Positions 10,691-20,043 of a stretch of DNA of 64,000 nucleotides are shown here, piece by piece. The notes below the pieces were generated by a model, which did no database searches, had not been told where the DNA came from, and worked only from the letters and a program-made list of their open reading frames with translations. Origin of the DNA: an uncultured Acidimicrobiia bacterium (GTDB taxonomy: Bacteria > Actinomycetota > Acidimicrobiia > Acidimicrobiales > CAZWPY01); NCBI GenBank assembly GCA_964635475.1, contig CAZWPY010000002.1, positions 17,293-81,292 of the forward strand, read 5' to 3'. How positions within the stretch are numbered: the first letter of the stretch is position 1; the number at the start of each line of letters is the position of its first letter. The translations under genes and the position numbers were made by a program.

Positions 10691-11836
10691 TCAGTCGGCG
10701 CCGTGTCCTATGTAGCGGCGCGGTACCCGTTTCCCTATGGTCGCGATCGGCTCGTACGCGATGGTTCCGACGGACTGAGCCCATTCCCACGGGTCGATCC
10801 TGTCATCTCCTTGCGCCCCGAGCAGCACGACCTCGTCACCTCGATTGACCGAGCCGCGGGCCAACGCCCGGGTGAGATCGACGGTGGTCTGGTCCATGGT
10901 CACCGCGCCCACTATCGGACAACGCGTGCCGCCGACGAGAACATCGCAGTTCTCCAATCCCAGTTGCCGCGGGATGCCGTCGGCATACCCGATCGGCAGG
11001 ATCCCCAGCGTTGTAGGGCGCTGCGCGTGCCAGGCGTGCCCGTACGACACGCCCTCACCCGCACCTGCCTCACTCAACCAGCCCACAACTGATCGCAAAC
11101 GCAGGGCTGGCCGAAGCTCAACGGGCATACGCGGTCGAGGGTCGGGCCGTACGCCGTAAATCGCGATGCCTGGGCGCACGATCTCGCGCCAGGCCTGCGG
11201 ATGCCACAACGACCCCGCGGAGTTGGCCAAGTGGGTCGGCCCGGCATAGCCCGCTGCCGCACACGCGGCGTCGAAACGGTGGACCTGCTCGGCCGTGAAG
11301 GAGTTCGTCGGATCGTCGGCACAGGCGAAGTGGGTGAACACAGCGCCGAGGTCGACGTGTGTTGCGTCGTCAACCGCTGCCAGCAACGCCGGCAGTGCTT
11401 CGGGCGGCGCGCCCACTCGGTGCATTCCCGTGTCGAGTTTGATGTGGACCACAGCGCGGCGCTGCGCCCGTCGAGCAGCGGCGTCGAGCGCAGTGATCCA
11501 TTGAGGCGAATACGCCGTAGCCGCGATGCCGGCCTCGACGACCCGACGAGCGCCGCGCTCGGCGAACGTTGCGTGTTCTGACAGCACCAGGATCGGCGCG
11601 GACACGCCGGCGTCGCGAAGTTCCTCGGCCTCCTCGACCAGGGCAACCCCCAACCACCTCGCGCCACCCTCAAGCGCGGCGTTTGCGACCGCAACAGCAC
11701 CGTGGCCATACGCATCGGCCTTCACGACTGCCATCACGTCGTGCGCGCCGACATGACGAGCGAGAGCCCCGACGTTGTGTCGTATCGCACCGAGGTCGAC
11801 TTCGGCGATCGACGGTCGGATCGGCTCGCGTACCAC
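10691..11836 (-). CDS. alr: alanine racemase
   Basis: PLP-lysine motif AVVKADAYGHGAV preceded by AEVDLGAIRHN. The ORF extends to 12103. GTG 11836 gives a typical length of about 381 aa; GTG 11860 is an alternative. Confidence 0.9.
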   Translation of the reverse strand: MVREPIRPSIAEVDLGAIRHNVGALARHVGAHDVMAVVKADAYGHGAVAVANAALEGGARWLGVALVEEAEELRDAGVSAPILVLSEHATFAERGARRVVEAGIAATAYSPQWITALDAAARRAQRRAVVHIKLDTGMHRVGAPPEALPALLAAVDDATHVDLGAVFTHFACADDPTNSFTAEQVHRFDAACAAAGYAGPTHLANSAGSLWHPQAWREIVRPGIAIYGVRPDPRPRMPVELRPALRLRSVVGWLSEAGAGEGVSYGHAWHAQRPTTLGILPIGYADGIPRQLGLENCDVLVGGTRCPIVGAVTMDQTTVDLTRALARGSVNRGDEVVLLGAQGDDRIDPWEWAQSVGTIAYEPIATIGKRVPRRYIGHGAD

Positions 11837-11890
11837 GTGTCCAGCTAACCAGACCCGCACGACGCGATGGGGCACTTGGGACGCGACGAC

Positions 11891-11938
11891 CCCAGTCGGC
11901 GAACCCAGTCGGCGACCCCGGTCGGCGAACCCGGTGCC
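11891..11938. repeat. 13-bp direct repeats (3 copies plus a partial) in the alr / DUF1003 divergent region
   Basis: cccagtcggcgaa / cccagtcggcgac / cccggtcggcgaa / cccggtgcc. Confidence 0.85.
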
Positions 11939-11994
11939 ACGAGCCCGCCGCCGTGTTCGTGGCACCCACACGGCGCACCTGGTAACACCGCGGT

Positions 11995-12444
11995 ATGGAC
12001 GACACCGTGACAAGTTCCGCCGACTCGCCTCCGTCGCCGCCTTCCCCCGGGACTCCCATGTGGGATCAGCACCCCGCCGTACGCACCGGCGATCGCCTGA
12101 CACGCGGCGAGCGCGCCGCGGACGTGATTCGTAACGTGATGGGGTCGTGGGGTTTCGTCTTCAGCGCACTGTTGTTTCTCATCGGTTGGATGCTCGGCAA
12201 TCGCAACGTCGGCTTCGACAAGTACCCGTTCATCTTGCTGAACCTGATCCTGTCGTGCGTGGCTGCCCTGCAAGGCGCGATCTTGCTCATCGCGGCCAAA
12301 CGTGAGGACCAAATCTCCTCCGAGCTCGCGCACCACGACTACGAAACGAACCTCGAAGCCGACCGGATCGTTAAGGAAATCCGATCACTCACCACCGAGA
12401 TCCATCGACTCACGCGTGACATCCACGGGCGAGTTGTCGACTGA
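11995..12444 (+). CDS. DUF1003-type membrane protein
   Basis: GSWGFVFSALLFLIGWMLGN...YPFILLNLILSCVAALQGAILLIAAKRED matches my recollection of the two-TM DUF1003 family. Confidence 0.65.
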   Translation: MDDTVTSSADSPPSPPSPGTPMWDQHPAVRTGDRLTRGERAADVIRNVMGSWGFVFSALLFLIGWMLGNRNVGFDKYPFILLNLILSCVAALQGAILLIAAKREDQISSELAHHDYETNLEADRIVKEIRSLTTEIHRLTRDIHGRVVD

Positions 12445-12457
12445 CGTCGGCTACGAA

Positions 12458-13036
12458 CTACTCCGGGCGATACGCGAGCCGCTCTCGCCACTTGAGCCAG
12501 TCGGCCTTTGAGATCGAGCGCACTGCGAGTTCAACGCCAGACACGGGGTGCGGGGTTCGTCGCTCAAGTGTGATCCCCAAGCGGTCCATCACTGCGCCGG
12601 AGGCGACGTTTTCCGGCTGAAAAATGCTCACAATTTCGGTCAGTTCACACTGCTCAAACGCGTAGTCAAGCGCTGCGGCCGCGGCCTCTGTCGCAAATCC
12701 GTTACCCCAGAACTCGCGGCCAAACCGCCAGCCCACCTCGACGGCGGGGAGGATCTCGGGCAAGAAGTGCGGCACGGCAAGACCAGCCCAGCCGAGCAGC
12801 GTGGCATCGTGGTGCCGGCGCACAGCAAGCACCCCCGTGCCGTCGTCTCGGTAGCGAGCCTGCATCCGTTCAAGGAAGGCGGCCGTTTCGTCGCGACTCA
12901 TGCCACGGCCGAACGGGTAGTGCCAAAACGTCGGCTCGGCCGATAACGCCGCGAGCTCATCGAGGTCGCTGTCGACCAAGGGTTCCAGCACTAGCCGCGC
13001 GGTTGTCAGTCGATACACCCGCCCATCCAAACACAA
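12458..13036 (-). CDS. GNAT N-acetyltransferase (RimJ/RimL-like)
   Basis: LVLEPLVDSDLDELAAL...WRFGREFWGNGFATEAAAAALDYAF. TTG start at 13036; GTG 13018 is an alternative. It overlaps the nnr 3' end. Confidence 0.75.
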   Translation of the reverse strand: MCLDGRVYRLTTARLVLEPLVDSDLDELAALSAEPTFWHYPFGRGMSRDETAAFLERMQARYRDDGTGVLAVRRHHDATLLGWAGLAVPHFLPEILPAVEVGWRFGREFWGNGFATEAAAAALDYAFEQCELTEIVSIFQPENVASGAVMDRLGITLERRTPHPVSGVELAVRSISKADWLKWRERLAYRPE

Positions 13037-14406
13037 CCCAACAGTTCGCCGATCCGCGAAGGCAACGCGCTGGCGACCAGCAGACCTGGTCGTAAGGTCG
13101 CTGCGTATCCATGTAGTGCCGCCGCCACAGCAACGACTTCGCCGACACCGGAACTACGCCCGCCGGCGGAACCGGCCGACAACGCGAGACCCGCTGCGAT
13201 CACGCCAGCCAAGACGTCGCCCGTGCCGGCTGTCGCGAGGCGTTCGTCGCCGGCGGTCACAAACCACGTGTGCCCGGACTCGTCACAGACGATGGTTGTC
13301 GGGCCCTTGAGCAAAACAACGCTGCCACTACAGCGGGCGAAATCGCGTACGTCCTCGACGACGTCGGCGCGGATGTCACGGCCCAACAGGCGGGTGAACT
13401 CTGCGGCATGCGGGGTGATCACCGTTGGCGAGCTTCGACGGCGCAGTCGAGCCGTTGCGTCGTCGCCGCTTCCGATGTGGGCGAGGCCATCAGCATCAAG
13501 CACGAGCGGGCCCGGCCACTCAAGCGCCGCGTCGACACGCGTGCGCGCGTAGTCGTTGCGTCCCACACCAGGACCGACAACCGCAGCACGGCATTTCGCC
13601 AAGGCAGCGAGGATCGCGGTTTGGTCCTGCGCGTAAACCCGCACCGCCTCGATTGGCGCATAGGCGTCGGAGTCGTGACCAATCAGTCGCACCATGCCCG
13701 CGCCCGCGGCTGCCGCACCCGCCGCGACAAGCCCGCTCGCTCCCCACATGCCCGGTGAACCTGCCACCACGCCGACGGCTGCCGACCACTTGTGAGCGTT
13801 CGGGGGCCGCCGGGGCCAGCGCCGTAGGTCATCTCTCTCGACCCACCACGCCGACGCGAGGTCCGCCGCGCCAGCGCCCAAGCCGATATCGGCTACCTCG
13901 ACGTGCCCGCTGTGGGCTCGACCTGGATGAAGGAGCAAGCCGGGTTTCGCGCAGGCAAACGTCACGGTCATCGACGCCGGCCAGACCCGGCCACGCAATT
14001 CGCCGGTCGCCGCGTCGACCCCGCTGGCGATGTCCACCGCGAGCACAGCGGTGTCGTGAACCGCGGTCGCCCAGAAGTCGTCACGAAAACCCGTCCCGAA
14101 GGCAGCATCGATCAACAGGTCACCAGCTGGCCGCGGACCCACCAGCGCCACCGACTCGCGATCGAGAGCGTCGACATAACGAACCCGCACACCACGCTGC
14201 GCGAGCAGGCGACCCGCCACTCGACCGTCGGCGCCGTTGTTGCCCGGCCCCCACACCACGGTGACCCGTTTCCCATACGAACCACCAAGGAGCCGCAGCG
14301 CACTACGCGCAACGGCGGCTCCTGCGCGCTGCACCAACGATTCCACCGGTTCGTTCGCCGCGGCATCGAGCGCCCGACACTCGGCGGGCCACAAGACCGG
14401 AATCAC
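13006..14406 (-). CDS. nnr: bifunctional NAD(P)H-hydrate repair enzyme (epimerase/dehydratase)
   Basis: The N-terminal YjeF-N part has VVWGPGNNGADGRVAGRLL. The C-terminal carbohydrate-kinase part has GTGDVLAGVIAAGLA. Confidence 0.85.
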   Translation of the reverse strand: MIPVLWPAECRALDAAANEPVESLVQRAGAAVARSALRLLGGSYGKRVTVVWGPGNNGADGRVAGRLLAQRGVRVRYVDALDRESVALVGPRPAGDLLIDAAFGTGFRDDFWATAVHDTAVLAVDIASGVDAATGELRGRVWPASMTVTFACAKPGLLLHPGRAHSGHVEVADIGLGAGAADLASAWWVERDDLRRWPRRPPNAHKWSAAVGVVAGSPGMWGASGLVAAGAAAAGAGMVRLIGHDSDAYAPIEAVRVYAQDQTAILAALAKCRAAVVGPGVGRNDYARTRVDAALEWPGPLVLDADGLAHIGSGDDATARLRRRSSPTVITPHAAEFTRLLGRDIRADVVEDVRDFARCSGSVVLLKGPTTIVCDESGHTWFVTAGDERLATAGTGDVLAGVIAAGLALSAGSAGGRSSGVGEVVAVAAALHGYAATLRPGLLVASALPSRIGELLGCVWMGGCID

Positions 14407-14431
14407 CTCCGACGCCCGACCCGTTCGCAGT

Positions 14432-14797
14432 TCACGACGCGACGACGAACGCTGTAGCCATCAACGGCGTGTGCGTGATCGAGATGAGCCATTGATTCAC
14501 CCCCCGCTCGCGCGCCAGTGCCTGTGCTCGGCCGGACACAACCAACACTGGCGACCCCGACTCGGCCCGGGCGACCGCAACATCGTGAAACCCAAACGCG
14601 CCAAGGCCCACACCTAAGGCCTTCATCACGGCTTCTTTCGCTGCGAACCGACTCGCGAGCCGCTGCGCCGGATCTGCAAGGCCAGAACAGTCGGCCAGCT
14701 CAGCCTCACTGAAGAGCCGCTCGCGCACGCGGGGCTGGCGCTCGAGAAGTTTTCGGAACCGCTCGACTTCCACCGAGTCGACACCGATGCCGATCAC
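14432..14797 (-). CDS. acpS: holo-[acyl-carrier-protein] synthase
   Basis: MIGIGVDSVEVERFRK...RFAAKEAVMKALG. The 121-aa length fits. Confidence 0.9.
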   Translation of the reverse strand: MIGIGVDSVEVERFRKLLERQPRVRERLFSEAELADCSGLADPAQRLASRFAAKEAVMKALGVGLGAFGFHDVAVARAESGSPVLVVSGRAQALARERGVNQWLISITHTPLMATAFVVAS

Positions 14798-14806
14798 CTC
14801 GGAGCC

Positions 14807-16642
14807 CTATTCGACAGTGACGGTCTTGGCCAGATTGCGTGGTTTGTCGACGTCTTTCCCTGCGGCTTTGGCCAGCGCATAGGAGAAGATTTGCAACGCC
14901 ACTACGTCGACAGCCGGAGAAAACAGCTCGTGGCGCAAGCTCGGGACCCACAACACGTCGTCGGCTTGTGCCGCCGTGTCGGTGTCACCCTCGTTGGCCA
15001 CCAAGATCACCGAGGCGCCCCGGGCTTTCACCTCTTGCACATTGGCCATGATCTTTTGCCACATACGGCCCCGAGTAGCCACGCCAACGACCACGGTGCC
15101 GGGCTCGATCAGCGCAATCGGGCCGTGTTTGAGTTCACCAGCTGGATAACCCTCGGCGCGAACGTAGGAAATCTCCTTGAGTTTCAAGGCGCCCTCGAGA
15201 GCAACGGGGTACCCGACATTGCGGCCGATGAAGAAAAAGTCACGGTGGTTCACGTACTTAGCCGCCACCGCCGAGATCGCGTCGGTATTGGCAAGCACAC
15301 CCTCGATGGCATCAGGCACCGAGTGCAGCGCGTCCAAGAGTTGCGCAGACTCATCGGGATACACCGTCCCCCGTAGTTGCGCCAAGTACAGCGCCAACAC
15401 CTGCATCGCGACAATCTGCGCGAGGTGGGTCTTGGTAGCGGCGACACCAATCTCTGGCCCCGCCCGGGTGTACAAAACGGCGTCGGCCTCGCGGGCCATC
15501 GACGAGTCGACCACGTTGCTCACTGCCAGCACCTTGGCCTTGCAGCGCTTCGCCTGCCGGGTGGCTTCCATCGTGTCGAGCGTCTCACCCGACTGCGACA
15601 CTCCAACGACGAGCGTTTGCGAGTCGAGCACCGGATCGCGGTAACGAAACTCCGATGCGATATCGATCTCCACGGGCAAACGGGCCCAGTGTTCGATCGC
15701 AAACTTCGCCACCAGGCCTGCGTGATAACTCGTTCCACATCCAACCACGAACACCTTGTCGACCGACCGCAACTCTTCGTCGGAGAGCCGCACTTCGTCG
15801 AGAACGAGCAGACCGTCGCCGCCCACTCGACCACGCAACGTTTCCAAGATCGCGTGCGGCTGCTCGTGAATCTCCTTCAGCATGAAGTCGGGATAGCCGC
15901 CCTTTTCTGCGGCCTCCAGATCCCACTCCACCGTTCGCGACGTCACGGTCACCGGGTTGCCCTCGAGATCGCTCGCCACGATGCCCGACGGGCGCACTTC
16001 GACGATCTGGTCGTCGTCCAGCACAACGACCTCGCGAGTGACTCCCAACAACGCAGGGATGTCGCTCGCGACAATGCCCGCGCCGTCGGCCACGCCGACA
16101 ACCAGGGGCGAGGATCGCCGCGCGGCCACAATCAGCTCAGGATCGTCGGCATGAATCACCGCAACCGCAAACGAGCCTTCGACCATCTTCAACACCGCTC
16201 GCACAGCGGCCGTCAGGGATGAGCCGGCCGCGAGTTCACGCTCGATCAAGTGCGCGAGGACCTCAGTGTCGGTCTCGGATTGAAACTGCACACCATCGGC
16301 TTCAATCTCTTCGCGGAACTCGAGGTAGTTCTCGATGATTCCGTTGTGAATTAAGGCGAGTCGCCCCGTCGAATCGACATGGGGGTGCGCGTTGCGCTCC
16401 GACGGGCGGCCATGGGTCGCCCAGCGAGTGTGGCCGATCCCCGTTGTCGACGACAGGGGTGCGTCGCCCACTGCCCCCTCGAGCTCGGCCAACTTGCCGA
16501 CCCTGCGGCGCCGCCAAATCCCGCTCGCATGTTGCAGCGCCACGCCGCTTGAGTCGTATCCGCGGTACTCAAGCCGACGCAAACCCTCCAACAAGATGGG
16601 GAGAACCGCGTCGGGACCGGTGTAGCCAACGATTCCGCACAT
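14807..16642 (-). CDS. glmS: glutamine--fructose-6-phosphate aminotransferase
   Basis: MCGIVGYTG N-terminal nucleophile (ATG 16642 inside ORF 14807..16666), two SIS domains, C-terminal TVTVE. Confidence 0.97.
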   Translation of the reverse strand: MCGIVGYTGPDAVLPILLEGLRRLEYRGYDSSGVALQHASGIWRRRRVGKLAELEGAVGDAPLSSTTGIGHTRWATHGRPSERNAHPHVDSTGRLALIHNGIIENYLEFREEIEADGVQFQSETDTEVLAHLIERELAAGSSLTAAVRAVLKMVEGSFAVAVIHADDPELIVAARRSSPLVVGVADGAGIVASDIPALLGVTREVVVLDDDQIVEVRPSGIVASDLEGNPVTVTSRTVEWDLEAAEKGGYPDFMLKEIHEQPHAILETLRGRVGGDGLLVLDEVRLSDEELRSVDKVFVVGCGTSYHAGLVAKFAIEHWARLPVEIDIASEFRYRDPVLDSQTLVVGVSQSGETLDTMEATRQAKRCKAKVLAVSNVVDSSMAREADAVLYTRAGPEIGVAATKTHLAQIVAMQVLALYLAQLRGTVYPDESAQLLDALHSVPDAIEGVLANTDAISAVAAKYVNHRDFFFIGRNVGYPVALEGALKLKEISYVRAEGYPAGELKHGPIALIEPGTVVVGVATRGRMWQKIMANVQEVKARGASVILVANEGDTDTAAQADDVLWVPSLRHELFSPAVDVVALQIFSYALAKAAGKDVDKPRNLAKTVTVE

Positions 16643-16768
16643 CCCACAAGGGTATCGGGGCCTCACGCGAGCGCTCCGGCACTTGTGACTTATCGCTACT
16701 TGCCCCGGAATCGAGCGCCCGCGGCCCGCGCGGCCGCCGAGCGACCGGGCCGGCGGTTAGGCGAGCGG

Positions 16769-18103
16769 TTAAGCCAGCGCTTCGCGGACTACAGCCGCGA
16801 GGTGTTCCGCGTGACGTTGTGCGTCGAGCGCAGAGGGGGCCTCCACCATCACTCGCACGAGTGGCTCGGTGCCCGAGGGACGTAACAACACCCGGCCTTG
16901 ACCGGCAAGCTCACGCTCGACAACGCCAGCGGCGTCCCATATGGCCTGGGCCTGCGCGAGCCGTCCCGGAGAACTCACTTCGACGTTGAGCAAGACCTGC
17001 GGCAACCGCGTCATCGCCGCGTCGGCGACAGCGCCGAGGTCGCGGCCAGCGCGATTGACCTCAGCCAGAACCTGCAGCCCAGCGAGTAAGCCGTCGCCGG
17101 TCGGGGCGAGGTCGCGGAAGATCAAATGGCCCGACTGTTCGCCGCCGAGCATCAGATTTCGCTGCTCCAAAGCGTCGAGCACGTACCGATCGCCCACCGG
17201 CGTCTCGACCACCTCGATGTTCGCGGCTCGCATCGCCAGATGAAACCCAAGGTTGCTCATCACGGTCACAACCACTGCGCCACCACGAAGTTCGCCTCGA
17301 GAGTGAAGGCCGAGCGCCATCAAGGCGATCAGATGGTCGCCGTCGATCAGCCGACCCGAGGAGTCAACAGCCTGCACACGGTCGGCGTCGCCGTCGAACG
17401 CGAGCCCAACGTTGGCGCCGTGGCGCACGACCAACGCCTGTAGATCGGCGGGGTGCGTCGACCCACAGCCGGCGTTGATATTGCGGCCGTCGGGCGTGTT
17501 GTGCACGACCTCGACTACCTCAGCACCAGCGGATTCATAAACCGCGGCAGCCAACTCAGACGCTGCTCCGTTCGCGCAGTCGAGCACCACGCGCAGCCCC
17601 GCCAAGGCCTGCGGCTCGAGCGAGGCAAGTAGCGCCGCCTCGTACTCACTCACCGCCGTGACGTGGTCGAGCGGATCGACCGGGTGTTGTGCGCCAGCCG
17701 GCAAGACCAATCCCAGCGCGCGATGGTGGTCGAGCGCGGCCTGGACGCGGTTTTGCACGTCGTCTGAGAGCTTGCGCCCGCCCGGTGCAAACAGCTTGAT
17801 GCCGTTGTCGAAGTAGGGGTTGTGCGACGCGGAGATCATCGCGGCCGCCACGCCTCGCTGCGCCGCGATCACCGCCAGCCCCGGCGTGGGTACCAGGCCG
17901 ACCAGGCGAACGGTCGCCCCGCCATGTTCGAGCCCATAGGCCAGGGCAGAGGCGAGTGCCGGCCCGCTCTCGCGGCCGTCGACACCGATCAGATACTCGA
18001 CGGTCCCAAGTGTGTCGGCTGCCGCTACACCCAGCGCGTACGCCACATCGGGTGTGAGTTCGCTGTCGGCGCGGCCACGCAAACCGTCGGTGCCAAACTT
18101 CAT
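16769..18103 (-). CDS. glmM: phosphoglucosamine mutase
   Basis: MKFGTDGLRG start (ATG 18103) and active-site ISASHNPYFDNGIK. Confidence 0.95.
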   Translation of the reverse strand: MKFGTDGLRGRADSELTPDVAYALGVAAADTLGTVEYLIGVDGRESGPALASALAYGLEHGGATVRLVGLVPTPGLAVIAAQRGVAAAMISASHNPYFDNGIKLFAPGGRKLSDDVQNRVQAALDHHRALGLVLPAGAQHPVDPLDHVTAVSEYEAALLASLEPQALAGLRVVLDCANGAASELAAAVYESAGAEVVEVVHNTPDGRNINAGCGSTHPADLQALVVRHGANVGLAFDGDADRVQAVDSSGRLIDGDHLIALMALGLHSRGELRGGAVVVTVMSNLGFHLAMRAANIEVVETPVGDRYVLDALEQRNLMLGGEQSGHLIFRDLAPTGDGLLAGLQVLAEVNRAGRDLGAVADAAMTRLPQVLLNVEVSSPGRLAQAQAIWDAAGVVERELAGQGRVLLRPSGTEPLVRVMVEAPSALDAQRHAEHLAAVVREALA

Positions 18104-18177
18104 CGTGCGGCGACCCACACAGCCAAAGAGCTAGCGACCGGTGTCACGAGGCGGCGAGCAGTAAACCAGCGCAGCAA

Positions 18178-18196
18178 AGCGGCGCAGAAGGCCGCT
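18178..18196 (-). terminator. hairpin directly after the rpsI stop
   Basis: Minus strand: agcggc-cttctgc-gccgct followed by tttgctg. It starts 2 nt after the stop codon. Confidence 0.45.
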
Positions 18197-18197
18197 G

Positions 18198-18590
18198 CTA
18201 TCGCTTCGAGTACTGGGGACGCTTGCGCGCTTTCTTCAAGCCGTACTTCTTCGATTCCTTCTCACGGGCATCACGAGTGAGAAGACCGGCTTTCTTAAGG
18301 CTTGCACGCAGCTCGGGATCCGTATCGCACAGGCTACGAGCGATTCCCATCCGCAGCGCACCCGCTTGACCCGACACGCCGCCGCCACAAATCGTCGCGT
18401 CGACATCAAACCGCTCGGCAGCAGCGGTCACCCGCAACGGCTCCATCACCATCATCCGCTGCGTCTCAGTCGGGAAGTAGTTCTCCAACGGACGGCTATT
18501 CACCGTCACCTTGCCGCTACCGGGACGAAAACGGACTCGTGCGACAGCGCGCTTACGTCGGCCGGTCGATTGGGTAAGGGGCTTAGTCAT
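18198..18590 (-). CDS. rpsI: 30S ribosomal protein S9
   Basis: [21 protein letters not shown]...[15 protein letters not shown] 18590 lies inside the artefactually long ORF 18198..19019. Confidence 0.97.
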   Translation of the reverse strand: MTKPLTQSTGRRKRAVARVRFRPGSGKVTVNSRPLENYFPTETQRMMVMEPLRVTAAAERFDVDATICGGGVSGQAGALRMGIARSLCDTDPELRASLKKAGLLTRDAREKESKKYGLKKARKRPQYSKR

Positions 18591-18607
18591 CAGTAAGTGG
18601 CTTTCAA

Positions 18608-19060
18608 CTAGCGACTGGCACGGCGGGCGTGATCGATGGCGAATGGCTGGGGCGACTGGGCGCTGTGCGGATGCACCGGCCCCGCGTAAACCTTGAGCTT
18701 GCGAATCTGCCGACGACCCAACGGCCCTTTCGGCAGCATGCCCCGTACAGAACGGCGCACGAGCTCGTCGGGCTTGTTCGCCAGCAGGTCGCGATAGCTC
18801 ACCGAGGTGATGCCGCCGGGATAACCCGAATAACGGTGGGCGAACTTGTTGGTGCCCTTGTTGGCCGTCAACACGATCTTGTCGGCGTTCACCACGATGA
18901 CGTGGTCGCCGGTATCGACGTGCGGGGCGAAGATGGGCTTGTGTTTGCCCCGCAACAAACGGGCGACTTCGGTGCTCAGGCGACCGAGAACTAGGCCCTC
19001 GGCGTCGACGACATGCCACGCACGCGTGATGTCGGATGGTTTTGGCGAAAAGGTACGCAC
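18608..19060 (-). CDS. rplM: 50S ribosomal protein L13
   Basis: GTG 19060 preceded by a GAGGA SD. (V)[29 protein letters not shown]. Confidence 0.95.
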   Translation of the reverse strand: MRTFSPKPSDITRAWHVVDAEGLVLGRLSTEVARLLRGKHKPIFAPHVDTGDHVIVVNADKIVLTANKGTNKFAHRYSGYPGGITSVSYRDLLANKPDELVRRSVRGMLPKGPLGRRQIRKLKVYAGPVHPHSAQSPQPFAIDHARRASR

Positions 19061-19121
19061 AGCAAATCCTCTAGGAAGGTGCGGAACCGCCGACAACAGG
19101 CCGATTCCGAGCCGTTGAAGT

Positions 19122-20030
19122 CTACGGGTCCGGCCACCTAGCGGGCAAACCCCCGGGGCCCCGGCGAGGATCAACGAAAGGTTCGCCGAAGCCGTCGGGA
19201 TAACGAACACCCACCAGAGCTAAGCCGTGCGCGGGCGCACGAGTGGCCGAACAGTGCATCGAGGGGTCACGGAGGTGGTCGCGAAAACGCGCCGCGCTCA
19301 GCCTTGCGCGACCGACATCGACCATGGCGCCCACCAGGGAGCGCACCATCTGCTGACAAAACGACGACGCTTCAATCTCGAACAACAACGTTGCGTCGTC
19401 GAGCTCGTGCCACGTCGCCTCGCTCACCACACGCCGTGTGCTCCCTCGGTGGGTCTCGGTCACCCCGGTCTCGGCGGAGCGCCACTGAGTCTCCGGCGGG
19501 CGTCGGCAAAAGGCAGCAAAATCGTGTTCGCCGACCACGGCCTCGACCGTCGATCGCAAGGCATCGAGGGAGATCGGCGCGCGCACGTGCCACTGCGTGG
19601 CCGCCCGCAGCGGGTCGACGTGCGGCGCACTACGCACCAAGTAGCGGTAACGCCGAGCCAGGGCCGAATGTCGAGCGTGGAAGCCCTGCGGCGCGTGCTC
19701 GACCGCGCGCAAGGCGATGGTCGGGCTAACCCCAGCACCAACGGCGCCGACGAGTCGCTCGGGCCGCGCGCGGCGCGCGTCCATTGCGGCGCTGAAGACT
19801 TGCCCGTAGGCGTGAACGCCCGCGTCGGTGCGACCAGCAATGGCCAGACGGGGGCGTGCGCCCAACACGGGCGCCATGACATCGGCCAACGCCCCAGCGA
19901 CCGTCGGCCTTTGCCGCTGTTCGGCAACGCCTGAATACGCCGATCCGTCGTAGGCGACCAACATCCGGACGACCACCTCGCCGGGCTGGGGGTCGTGGCC
20001 CTTACGTTCGTGGTCGTCCCACGGCCGCAT
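19122..20030 (-). CDS. truA: tRNA pseudouridine(38-40) synthase TruA
   Basis: RMLVAYDGSAYSG...IAGRTDAGVHAYGQV (catalytic Asp motif). The ORF extends to 20285 but overlaps the ALDH gene. ATG 20030 is chosen; the true start may be a few codons before MLVAYDG. Confidence 0.85.
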   Translation of the reverse strand: MRPWDDHERKGHDPQPGEVVVRMLVAYDGSAYSGVAEQRQRPTVAGALADVMAPVLGARPRLAIAGRTDAGVHAYGQVFSAAMDARRARPERLVGAVGAGVSPTIALRAVEHAPQGFHARHSALARRYRYLVRSAPHVDPLRAATQWHVRAPISLDALRSTVEAVVGEHDFAAFCRRPPETQWRSAETGVTETHRGSTRRVVSEATWHELDDATLLFEIEASSFCQQMVRSLVGAMVDVGRARLSAARFRDHLRDPSMHCSATRAPAHGLALVGVRYPDGFGEPFVDPRRGPGGLPARWPDP

Positions 20031-20043
20031 CACGGCCAGCGAC

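Noticed and set aside
16643-16768. Possible glmS ribozyme in the 126-nt glmS 5' region.
   Set aside because: I see no recognisable glmS-ribozyme core, and this element is not expected in actinobacteria. It would need an Infernal scan to exclude formally.
18591-19019. N-terminal extensions of tracked ORFs. Examples are 18198..19019 for rpsI, 26026..26238 for rpmJ, 45222..45719 for rpsL, 38122..39051 for rplB, 32443..32943 for rplR, 32807..33466 for rplF and 14807..16666 for glmS.
   Set aside because: Conserved protein N-termini with SD sequences occur internally, and the extensions run through upstream genes or spacers.
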